NCBI GenBank assembly: GCA_001600815.1
Contig: BCKZ01000005.1
Location: 681,727-745,726 of the forward strand
Direction of reading: 5' to 3'
Source of the DNA: Alloascoidea hylecoeti
Lineage: Eukaryota
DNA: 64,000 bases
In this document: positions 48,193 through 58,342 of the stretch, in pieces
Position numbering within the stretch: position 1 is the stretch's first letter
Layout: each line of letters opens with the position of its first letter
Notes under the pieces: model-generated
Told to the model about the DNA's origin: nothing
Databases searched by the model: none
Seen by the model: only the letters and a program-made list of their open reading frames with translations
Made by a program: the position numbers and the translations under genes

Positions 48193-49959
48193 TTAATAAG
48201 ACATTGCTTCAATCAATTTACTTCTTGATCTAACGGCATTCCAAAATGATCCATAACTCCATGTAAGATCCGCTGCTCCTTTCATGTAACCTGAATCTCT
48301 ATCAAATTGTTCACTCATACTACCATATGAATCATGATGTTCTCTTAATACATCTAAAAATGAATCTCCATATGCTAATAATCCTGAAATTGTATCATTA
48401 TATAGTAAAGAGTGTGCAGGAATTGACATGATACTATTATCCGGATTACAATTGTTTTCATTGCAATCGATAACATCAATAATAGATCCAAAAAATGGCC
48501 TTGTTAATTCATTAATTTCTAAATTATAATCATAATCTCTTGTTGCTAAATGATGAGCAATTAAATAAACAGATTGTGCAACCGTTGAAGTACATAAAAA
48601 CCAAGGATTACCAATTGAAGTTCCATATCCATTATAAATATCTTCAGCATATCTTCCAATACCAACACCAACTAAATTTGGTTTAACCCAACCATTATTA
48701 GCAAATGATTTTAATCTTTGAATATTAATTGGATATCTCCATCTCATATCATTAATAAAAGTATTTAATGAAGCAATAACTTCTGGAGAATATGGTTTAA
48801 AAATTGTATCATCTAATTCATCACCATCCCATTTAATTTCATTAATTGAATGAATAACTCCTAGAAATAAAGCAGCATCTAATCCATTTCTTTGTTTTAA
48901 ATCTAATGTTTCAACTAAATGAAATGTATCACTATCCCAAAATTTTAATAAGAATTTTTTAATAATATTTGATTCTTTTAAATACCATTCAGATGATTCA
49001 TTATCATTGTATATTTTTGCAATTTTTGAACCATCAATTAATGCTCTTAAATTTGCAATTTCTGTAAAAAAATGATAACCATTAATTTCTTCCCATAAAT
49101 CAAATCCAGGTTCTTGCCAATATAAAGCAGTATAATCTAAATCATTTTTAATAACAGACCAATAAATATCTTCAAAATCTCCATAAGTTTTTAAACCATT
49201 TGAAACCATCGATTCAATATATAAAATTATTGTTGCTGCCCTTAATGGTGGACCATCTCTTTGTGGTCTACCCCAATGATCAGTAAAAGGTTTCCCATTA
49301 ACCATGAATTTAGGCTCGCCTAGACCAGATAAGCCAGAATCATAATCACCAGATGGATTTTTAACATGTTGTAAAATACGAGACATATTAATATAGTTAT
49401 CAATTGTATTAATTAAATTATCACATTCATTATGATCAATATTATTCTGATTACGGTTACTGTTGCCACCACTACTTGCTAAATCATGTAATCGTAATAC
49501 AAGTGATTTAATTGTAATTGCAGCATCTCGGGTCCATTGATAATAATAATTTGGATAATGTTTAGAGGGACTTGCGATAACGGTACCGGGGAGACCATCG
49601 GGTACGTTGCTCCCAATGCCAGCAATGTTATCAAGAATGTTTCTGAATGATAAAGAACGTTGTCTTCGTAACCAACTATCAAATTCTTGTTGGGGTAATA
49701 GTGAAACCGGTGAGTGAATAATATCAGTTTTTTTATCATTATTTTTTGAATGTTGGGCTTGAGAATCAAATAATGTGGCAAAATATTTATCATCTGGTGT
49801 TAATGAAAGCAAACGCTGAGAATGTTTTGAGAATTGGTTTATGATATCAGTTGGAGAAAGACCTAATATTGGGAGAGGCATACTGGTGACTAAATTTGGT
49901 AGGAAAGACACCACCATAAATAACGTTAACACCAGAGTGTTTATAAAGCTGAATTTCAT
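48193..49959 (-). CDS. SGA1: Glucoamylase, glycoside hydrolase family 15 (Sga1-like), with signal peptide
   Basis: ASPS..PNYYYQWTRDAA, LGEPKF, WGRPQRDGP, FDLWEE, GRYAED, GNPWFL, SEQFDR and LTWSY. Confidence 0.93.
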   Translation of the reverse strand: MKFSFINTLVLTLFMVVSFLPNLVTSMPLPILGLSPTDIINQFSKHSQRLLSLTPDDKYFATLFDSQAQHSKNNDKKTDIIHSPVSLLPQQEFDSWLRRQRSLSFRNILDNIAGIGSNVPDGLPGTVIASPSKHYPNYYYQWTRDAAITIKSLVLRLHDLASSGGNSNRNQNNIDHNECDNLINTIDNYINMSRILQHVKNPSGDYDSGLSGLGEPKFMVNGKPFTDHWGRPQRDGPPLRAATIILYIESMVSNGLKTYGDFEDIYWSVIKNDLDYTALYWQEPGFDLWEEINGYHFFTEIANLRALIDGSKIAKIYNDNESSEWYLKESNIIKKFLLKFWDSDTFHLVETLDLKQRNGLDAALFLGVIHSINEIKWDGDELDDTIFKPYSPEVIASLNTFINDMRWRYPINIQRLKSFANNGWVKPNLVGVGIGRYAEDIYNGYGTSIGNPWFLCTSTVAQSVYLIAHHLATRDYDYNLEINELTRPFFGSIIDVIDCNENNCNPDNSIMSIPAHSLLYNDTISGLLAYGDSFLDVLREHHDSYGSMSEQFDRDSGYMKGAADLTWSYGSFWNAVRSRSKLIEAMSY

Positions 49960-51012
49960 TTTATAGCAAGTAGTAGTTGTATGAAAAATCCAGAATAGCT
50001 GAGAGTATGTATTTTAAAAAAGCCAAGTTAAGGAATGTCATGAAAAACGCTGGGGAAGGAGTAGTATTTATATTTGTACACAAACACAAACAAACACAAT
50101 TACAAATTACGACTATGCCTTTGAAAAAAAGTGACTCTTTTGGACTAGTTCACTCATCTGGTCACGCCCCACATTTACACACAATTAATAAAGGAGCAAA
50201 GCTTTTCGGGTGACGTGTTAGTGTTGATGGCACCCTGGAATAAGATTTATGGACACAAAGAAAACGGTCACTATAATTTTAAACCTGAGTTCATAATAAC
50301 CATAATTTTAATTATCGCCGGTTTGCATGTGAAGTTTTGGGAGGGTAACCTTGCATTTTTCCCCAGAAAAAGAGTTAAAAGATCCTTTATAAAACATCTT
50401 TTTGTTAAAGTACCGAGGAGTTAGTTGGATTATGTTATTTGGAGATCGTCGGTGTACTGAGTAAAGGGATCTAAAGAGTGATGTGTATTATATCTCTTCC
50501 TCATTTCATTTCATCTTATTTGCTGACCTGGAGTAAATGTAGTGATCTTCGAGCATTTGTGGAGAAATAGAGTAGGATGAATGATCTTTGCAGTTAACCT
50601 CGTCTTTTACATTCTGGTTCTCGAGAATATTTCCATGATCATCGATATCGATGTCATATACGTAATTTTCTCGCTAATAATAAATTCAACTAATTAATAA
50701 TAGCTAAAACATAGGCTGTATGTATGATGATACAACCGCATCATGTGATGAGTAAAAGGCTGTTAGACCGTGTCAATAATTACGTCTTCCACGTTGCCAA
50801 TATATAACACCCTAGGCACTATTGCTAATATCTCCTGTCAATTGGCTACTTTCATACCTGTTTTATTATTTATATTTACCCGTGAAAATTGATTTCTTCT
50901 TCTTCTATATCACCTCCTTTTTTCAAGATTCACAAAAGTAAGTCAATCCCCAATCATTTTTCAATATATAATGCTATTGATATTAACTATTTAACTAGAA
51001 TTGAAAAACAAT

Positions 51013-51984
51013 ATGGCTTCAAAAACTTATAATACTGATCCTTCTAATTATTACTTTAATCATTCAAACCTTAGAGTTAAAGATTTACAAAAATCTCTTG
51101 ATTTTTATATTAAAGTTCTTGGATTTGAAATTGTTAAACCAACTTTTTTATATAACCCTGAAGATGGAACGACTCTTACTTTAATTGCCTATAATAGTTC
51201 CAATTCTCTATATCATAATAAAGGTTTTACTGATAGACAAGGGGTTTTAGAGTTAGCTCATACTCCTGGTAAAGAAAATGATCCTGATTTTAAATATAAT
51301 AATGGGAATTCTGAACCGTATAGAGGTTTTGGGCATATCTGTTTATCAGTTGATAATATTAAAGTTGTTGAACATGATCTTTTAGAACAAGGTAATAAAT
51401 TTCAAAAAAAATTAAGTGATGGTAGACAAAAAGATATTGCATTTGTATTAGATCCTGATGGATATTGGATTGAATTAATTGAAAATGATAAAGTTCTCAA
51501 AATTGAAAACAAAACTGATAAATCATTTTATAGATTTAATCATACAATGATTCGTGTTAAAAATATTGAATCATCATTAAATTTTTATAAAAATTTATTA
51601 GGAATGAAAGTTTTTAATATAAGAAAATTTCCAAATGCAAAATTTGATTTATATTTCTTAGGTTATCCAGATGATAAAATTGAAAATTTTAAAGAGGGTG
51701 AAACATACACTCATTCAATTGAAGGTTTATTAGAATTAACTTATAATTATGGTAGTGAAAATGATGAAAATGTTAATTATCATAATGGTAATGATGAGCC
51801 AAAAGGTTTTGGTCATACTGCAATTGGTGTTGATAATGCTGAAGAATTATATAAAAAATTAAAAGATAATGGTGTTAAGTTTCCAATTGAATATAATGCT
51901 GCTCCTATTAAAGGTATTGCTTTTGCTGAAGATCCTGATGGATATTGGATTGAATTAATTCCAAGAGATTTTTATAAAAATTAA
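51013..51984 (+). CDS. GLO1: Glyoxalase I (two-domain lactoylglutathione lyase), with an upstream intron at 50938-50998
   Basis: Duplicated NH.(N/M).RVK, LEL.(H/Y), GFGH and DPDGYWIELI motifs. Confidence 0.96.
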   Translation: MASKTYNTDPSNYYFNHSNLRVKDLQKSLDFYIKVLGFEIVKPTFLYNPEDGTTLTLIAYNSSNSLYHNKGFTDRQGVLELAHTPGKENDPDFKYNNGNSEPYRGFGHICLSVDNIKVVEHDLLEQGNKFQKKLSDGRQKDIAFVLDPDGYWIELIENDKVLKIENKTDKSFYRFNHTMIRVKNIESSLNFYKNLLGMKVFNIRKFPNAKFDLYFLGYPDDKIENFKEGETYTHSIEGLLELTYNYGSENDENVNYHNGNDEPKGFGHTAIGVDNAEELYKKLKDNGVKFPIEYNAAPIKGIAFAEDPDGYWIELIPRDFYKN

Positions 51985-52337
51985 CTCTATAATGACATAA
52001 TGAAAATAATGAAATAATTGAATGAATCAAACAAACAAACAAACAAATAAATAAATCAAAAATCAAAAATCAAATAATTAATTATAAATTTAAAAAAAGT
52101 TCATCTAATTTCTAACTTTTAACTTTTAACTTTTAGCTTTATCAAATTGCCGTAAAAAAAGGAAACTCAATTAATTATAAAGTATATACAAAATTATTTC
52201 ATCACTTTTGAGAATTCCTATCATCTAACTAGATCCTTTCTTTTATTATCTAAATTTTAAAGTTGCAACAATTTCAATTGATAATGATTGATATTTATAT
52301 ATACAAATTAAATAATCATTCAACCAATTAATTTAAT

Positions 52338-54245
52338 TTAACTAGACCTATCATTAACTTTTGAAAATTGTATTTTAGTTAATGATTCTAATAAATTAGC
52401 TCTTAAATTTGATGCTTCAATTTTTAATTCTTTTGTAACATTTGGTGGATTATTATCTAATCCTAAATCAATTGATTTTTGATAAATTTGTTGAACTTTA
52501 ATAGATTGAGTTATTTTTAAATATGATTCAATTATAATATTAAATAATTCAATTGTTATTTCAATATTATTATTATTATTTTTATTTATAATTTTATGAT
52601 TTGTTTGTAATAATAATGTTTTTGTTATACCATTTAAATGATCTAATGACCAATTTTCAAAATCATTTAAATTTCCATGATTTTTAAATGATTTAAATAA
52701 AATTAAATAAAATTTTAATTTAATTGGTATATGAAATTTTTGAAATGATTTAACAATTTTAAAAAAAAAATTAAATGATTCTTTTGATGAAATTTTTAAA
52801 TTATTTCTTTTTAAACTATAATAATTTAAAAATGGATAATAAATATATTCATTTGGTAATATCATTATTAATGTTTCACCATTTGGTATGTTTATTGGAG
52901 GTGGTGATCCAATTTTTTGAGTAATTAAATCATTTTTATAACCTTTTAATCTTTTTAATCTTAAATCTTCTAAGATTTGATAAAGTTTTGTATTATGTTT
53001 TTCAATTGATCGGTTTTGAACTGCACCTTTATGATTTTGTTGAAATATTGAGGAAGAAGAAGATTTTATAATTGAATTTGAAATAGAATTTGAAATTGTT
53101 GATGGAAGTCCAGTTGATTCACTTAACATGATTGCATTTTTTTCTAATTTATAAAGTATTTGTTTTGCTAAATCAATTAAATCACATTTTAATAATGAAT
53201 CAATTAATTGAGATAATATATAAACATCAACAATTTTTCCTTCATTTATAAACATTTTATAAGTTTCAATTAAACTTTCTGGTCTTTTCAATTCACCATA
53301 ATATTTCATTAAAATATAATAAGTTATTCTATCAAATTTTAAATTTAATTGTTTCATTTCCATTAATATTAAAGAATATAATTTTTCACTTTTTAATCTT
53401 GTTGCTGTTTCAAGTAATATATTAAATGTTGCAATTGTTGGTTCCATAAATGGTTTATATTGTTGATAAGTTTCAAATATATTTGTTATTTGATGATCAA
53501 AATCATAATCATTAAAATTAAAATTAAAAGAATTTTCATAATCATTTAAATATGAATTGGATTTTGATTTTGAATTATAAAGTTCTGTATTTGTAATTGC
53601 AGTTAATAATGAATTATATTCAGGTGTTGAAATCATTAAATTTGATTCTTTTAAATCTTTTAAAATTGTTGAAATATATAATAAATTTTTTGATGACATT
53701 AAATAAGAAATTAAATCTTCTAAATGTAAAGGTTTTATAAAATTTGATTGTGGGAATGGTAAATTACAATATGATCTGAAAACTTTATCATATCGTCTAT
53801 TTGTTTTTAATTTTGGATATAATTCTTTTAAAAAATTTAAATATAATTCATTATTCGTATAAGTTGATGAAATGTCTTTTTTAATTGATGAAAGTCTTGA
53901 TGCTTTAACTTTACCGTATGATAGATTTCGTTTGCCATACCGTTTTTTAATTAATCGTTCGATTTTATTATCAAGTTCATTGCTTAAAGCTGATAATGTA
54001 ACTTTTTGTGCTTTACCATTTGGATCATCTTGATGATAATGTATATGTTCAGTGAAATATGATTTTAAGGCATCATTGACTGTTTTAAATTTATAGACAG
54101 GGACATTATCATTATCATCATCATTTGATAACCAATAGAATGACGAGATATTCATCAACGTCCTGACTTGAATTTTTGTACTGAATAATAGACTATATGA
54201 TAATCGAGGACAGATTGGAATAGCCCTCTTTATTCGTATGGACAT
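52338..54245 (-). CDS. Mitochondrial pentatricopeptide-repeat (PPR) protein; likely start MSIRIKR at 54245
   Basis: Consecutive ~35-aa repeats (PTIATFNILL, FDRITYYILM, VDVYILSQLI) and a basic presequence-like N-terminus. Confidence 0.8.
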   Translation of the reverse strand: MSIRIKRAIPICPRLSYSLLFSTKIQVRTLMNISSFYWLSNDDDNDNVPVYKFKTVNDALKSYFTEHIHYHQDDPNGKAQKVTLSALSNELDNKIERLIKKRYGKRNLSYGKVKASRLSSIKKDISSTYTNNELYLNFLKELYPKLKTNRRYDKVFRSYCNLPFPQSNFIKPLHLEDLISYLMSSKNLLYISTILKDLKESNLMISTPEYNSLLTAITNTELYNSKSKSNSYLNDYENSFNFNFNDYDFDHQITNIFETYQQYKPFMEPTIATFNILLETATRLKSEKLYSLILMEMKQLNLKFDRITYYILMKYYGELKRPESLIETYKMFINEGKIVDVYILSQLIDSLLKCDLIDLAKQILYKLEKNAIMLSESTGLPSTISNSISNSIIKSSSSSIFQQNHKGAVQNRSIEKHNTKLYQILEDLRLKRLKGYKNDLITQKIGSPPPINIPNGETLIMILPNEYIYYPFLNYYSLKRNNLKISSKESFNFFFKIVKSFQKFHIPIKLKFYLILFKSFKNHGNLNDFENWSLDHLNGITKTLLLQTNHKIINKNNNNNIEITIELFNIIIESYLKITQSIKVQQIYQKSIDLGLDNNPPNVTKELKIEASNLRANLLESLTKIQFSKVNDRSS

Positions 54246-54950
54246 ACATGCAATAGAAAGCGACCAAATTGATGAAGGTCGTGAAGTTAATTTTTTGGAT
54301 TTGAAAAGGTGGAGCGTACTTTTCAGAATAGATGGGTAATTTAGAGCACATACACTGTCGGGTAAACAACCATTTTTTGGACCACTCCTCTTAAGTATGC
54401 CATAGAATGTCTCCAGAAATTGCGTTAGGAGAAATTTCAATTAATTCTTCTTCTAGGACTGTAAATCAAATTCTGAGGGTGGTAAAACCTAATCCATCGG
54501 ACACGTATGAAGAATTTGCCTCAAAGTTCCACGTTAAGATAACAAAGCCCACCCTAATAACGTTAACGCTTCTTATCAGCATACCAAAGTCCGTCCTACG
54601 AACTCTTCTAAAGAAACATAGTTATGGAAGCAGGAATTGAGATCATGAGCTTTTCATATGGCATAAAAAGGAAGAAAAATCTATTTTTTAAATCTCTTTC
54701 AAAAAGCTTGAGCGAGAGAGTCGTTAATGACGCTACACTAATATAAACTCCAGTATTTAGGGAACATCATGAATCACTTTAAGAAAAGTTAAAGGCCTTG
54801 TAGAATATTCGGTACTAGTACTAGTGGCTGGTTATAATAATGCCATGTTTAATATTTACCTATTGTATATACCTTTTATCTTCTATTAAAACTTTAATTA
54901 TCTTCTATCTCCTATTTATATTTGCCTTTTATCTCTTATCCATCTTTTAT

Positions 54951-56087
54951 TCAATTACTTTTCTTGTAACCAACTTTTTCTTTTCTAACTAGTTGAAAAA
55001 GATAAACCGTATCCCGGTGGAAAGTTTCATACTCCGGGAAGTCTTTAATCTTCATCATATAACGATAAGTGTGTTAATACATAAAAGAATCCTAAAAACT
55101 TAAATGTTGTTTTACGTACCTCGATTATTGTAAAGTTTTTCCTTATTGCCTATATGATTGTTTTAAAAAAGACGTGGTTAGATACTAAATAACTTTTTTT
55201 TTCAATAAATTAACTACTTTGAAGAACTTTGAATCCGCCTATAAATCAATATTAATAATTTCAGTTATGTTAGTGATTGTAACAATTTTTTAAGATAATA
55301 ATAAGCATACCTTTCTTCGCTTCTTATAAGACATTAACACAAATGTATCCTTGTCACATAAATCCAATAGTGTTTTTTCTAGTAATGGGAAAGCAGACTC
55401 AAGATAAACGCAATCTGCTGCTAAAACAGTATCAATCTTTTCATCTTTAATGTATTTAGGAAGATCTTCCCCCCTATAAATATAATTGTATGATTTATTA
55501 GGCAAACATTTCTCTTTTTTATATTATTTTGGTAAAATTAATTACCAATTAAGGACCTCGGGAATAACTAAATCTTGTAATTGATTTAAATTGGTGTTTT
55601 TTTGCATTAACGAAAGCATATTTCTAAAAGATGTGTTAAATTTGTAGATGATAAATATAAAGATACTTGAAGATATTTACTGTTGATCGGTAACCCAGAT
55701 TTTCATATCTCTCGTCCCCTTTTCTCTCTCACTATACCCTAAAGCCAGCCTTTAAAATGGGATTAGCTATTGCTGATATATGATAAGGTATTAAAACGTA
55801 GCATACCCAGCCAGACCAGTCCCACTTCCCAACTCAACAACTCTCGATCTTTTACCAATCCCATATCTTATCAAATATCTTGAAAGTAAATCTCCAGCTG
55901 GCCACAAATGACCTCCACAACCCATTTTCCCACCATCCTCTGATACAGATAAACCGGGCTCTTTTAATAATCCTCCAAATGTGAGATCGGACTTCCCGCT
56001 TTTTGCTAGTTCTGGAACGGATACTAAATCTTCGCTAACAAGGGATAGAAATCCAATGGTTGAGTTGATTGATGAGGTTTCTGACAT
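54951..56087 (-). CDS. EFM6: Protein-lysine methyltransferase (METTL21/Efm6 type), 7 exons. Introns 55750-55806, 55624-55680, 55474-55545, 55239-55310, 55150-55217, 55050-55119.
   Basis: EDGGKMGCGGHLWPAG, VVELGSGTGLAGLA, VTDQ, LNWGE, LAADCVYLESAFPLL and YKKRRKADSKFFKAIRKNF. All six introns keep the frame. Confidence 0.92.
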
Positions 56088-56481
56088 TTTTTAATTTTTC
56101 TAATATTATTAATTTTTCAGTTTTCAGCCATGAAAAGTTTAAAATTTAAATAGTTTCTGGGGATCTAAAAACGGCATTTTACTTCCGAGAACTTTTAATA
56201 ATTATAACAGATTTTTGACACTTTTGACACCTACTAGAACTACGACTAATTAATGATTACATATCTTATGAAGTTGTTTAATTAGTATAGAAATATATGA
56301 TTAGACAGTTGTAAATACATGTATGTGTAAAGCTGGATACGGGAAGTTTCTTGCAAGGAATCTAAGGAAATTTAAAGGCTATCTTTCAAGGGTGATTAGA
56401 CTCTGACGTTATAATTATGAGAGGAGACTTTATATCGACACTTCCAATGATCGTCGTCTTCTTTATACTAGATGGTAATCC

Positions 56482-56626
56482 AACAATAATGCTAAAAATA
56501 ACAAGAAAAAAAGTACAATTTCATCTGTTAAAACATGTTTTTTTATTATTAAAAAGTTTTGTTGGTACAGGTGTATTATTTTTACTAAAAGCTTATTCAA
56601 ATGGTATTTCAAAAAAAAAAAAAAAA
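56482..56626 (+). pseudogene. AVT3/AVT4 transporter fragment (first transmembrane segment) followed by A16
   Basis: KSTISSVKTCF-LLLKSFVGTGVLFLLKAYSNG matches Avt3/4 LLLKSFVGTGVLFLP.A..NG, with one frameshift in a T run. A-run at 56611-56626. Confidence 0.8.
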
Positions 56627-56916
56627 TAATAATTCAAAATCTTGGACATTAGCTGTTCAAGAATCAATCTAATGTCATCCTAAGTTTTTTGTGAAAGGAT
56701 ATATTGCAATAGTTTAAATGGTTGTTGTTTACGTATTTATGTCAATAAATATTCTTGCTTTCCTCAATAGGAAACAGGAGGAAGCAAAAAAGAGGAAGCA
56801 AAAAAGAGATCATAATTATCATCAACACGTGACTGTGATATTTCAAAAGCATATAAAAAGAAAGAAAATATTTTCATCCTTTTTATTACCAGATTAATAA
56901 GTTAATAATTATAAAT

Positions 56917-58314
56917 ATGGGACTTTTACGAAAACATACTAAAAACACTAATAATAAAAGTAAGAAGCAAAAGACTTTGTTATTCAAAGCAAAGAAAAAA
57001 GGTCTTGCCGGTGCAGTAGCAAGAGAAGAATTAAAAAATCAACAGGATAAGATAAATGAAAGAAGACAGGAAAATTTATTAAAACAAAGAAAAATGATTC
57101 ACGATAAAATGAATGGTATTACAAAAAGGAACAAACTTCTTAGACAAAAGGAAAGAGAAAAAGAACAAGAAACTGCGGGTGATGATTCAATTATTGATGA
57201 AAGTATTAAAGAAATTGATAATAATTCAATTGATAAAGAAAAGAAACGTTCAGTTTCATCAAATTTTATACCTTTTAATAAAACAGATAAAATTTTATTA
57301 ATTGGAGAAGGTGATTTTTCATTTACAAAATCAATTATTAAAGATAAATTAATTAATAGTATTAATGTTGTTGCAACAAGTTTTGATAGTGAAGAAATTG
57401 TTAGGAAAAAGTATCCAATTACTGGTGATGAGTCTTTAGATTATTTGATGCAGAAAAATCAAAAAAATGAAAATGAAAATAACAAAGATGAAGAGGAAGA
57501 TAAAGAGGAAGAATATAATAACGATGAAAATGAAAATGAAAATGAAAATGAAAATGAAAATGAAAATGAAAATGAAAATGAAAGTCTTATTCAAGAATAT
57601 TCTACTACATCACCAATTAAAATTTTGTTTAATATTGACGCAACAAAACTTGATAAATACAAACAATTTAAATATAAAACAACTATAAGATCAGCCCCAA
57701 TATCATCAAACAAAGATTTTGAAATCAATTCACAATTTCAAGAAAAGGATCGTTTACCTCAATCATCATCAAATTCAAATTCTATTCCTGTTAATAAATC
57801 TAAATCTAAATCTAGAGAACAAATCATGAAATATGAAAAATTCAATTGTATTATATTTAATTTCCCACATACAGGTAAAGGTATAAAAGATCAAGATCGT
57901 AATATATTAGATAATCAAAATCTAATAATTAATTTTTTTAAATCATTAAAACCTTTACTTGATAATAACGAAGGAAAAGTAATAATAACATTATTTGAAG
58001 GTGAACCATATTCATTATGGTTAATTAAATCATTAGCCAAATCACAAGGTTTTATACTTGAAAGAAGTTCTAAATTTAATTGGGATTTATTTCCTTTTTA
58101 TCATCATAGAAGAACAAATAATATGAAAGATACAACTAAAAAAGCTGAGGAAAGAGATGCAAGAGTTTATGTTTTTAAACCATATGGATCAGGTAATAAT
58201 AAGAATAATAAAAGCAATAATAATAAAAATAATAATAAAAATAATAATAAAAATAATAAAAGAAAAAGATCCAAAATGGAAGAAGAAGAAGAAGAAGATG
58301 ATGATGATGAATAA
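56917..58314 (+). CDS. BMT5: 25S rRNA (uracil-N3) methyltransferase (DUF2431)
   Basis: ILLIGEGDFSF, ATSFDS, IDATKL, IIFNFPHTGKGIKDQDRNI and LFEGEPY. Contains a (GAAAAT)n coding microsatellite at about 57525-57583. Confidence 0.93.
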   Translation: MGLLRKHTKNTNNKSKKQKTLLFKAKKKGLAGAVAREELKNQQDKINERRQENLLKQRKMIHDKMNGITKRNKLLRQKEREKEQETAGDDSIIDESIKEIDNNSIDKEKKRSVSSNFIPFNKTDKILLIGEGDFSFTKSIIKDKLINSINVVATSFDSEEIVRKKYPITGDESLDYLMQKNQKNENENNKDEEEDKEEEYNNDENENENENENENENENENESLIQEYSTTSPIKILFNIDATKLDKYKQFKYKTTIRSAPISSNKDFEINSQFQEKDRLPQSSSNSNSIPVNKSKSKSREQIMKYEKFNCIIFNFPHTGKGIKDQDRNILDNQNLIINFFKSLKPLLDNNEGKVIITLFEGEPYSLWLIKSLAKSQGFILERSSKFNWDLFPFYHHRRTNNMKDTTKKAEERDARVYVFKPYGSGNNKNNKSNNNKNNNKNNNKNNKRKRSKMEEEEEEDDDDE

Positions 58315-58342
58315 ATATTAATATAGGCATAAAGTTTATAGA

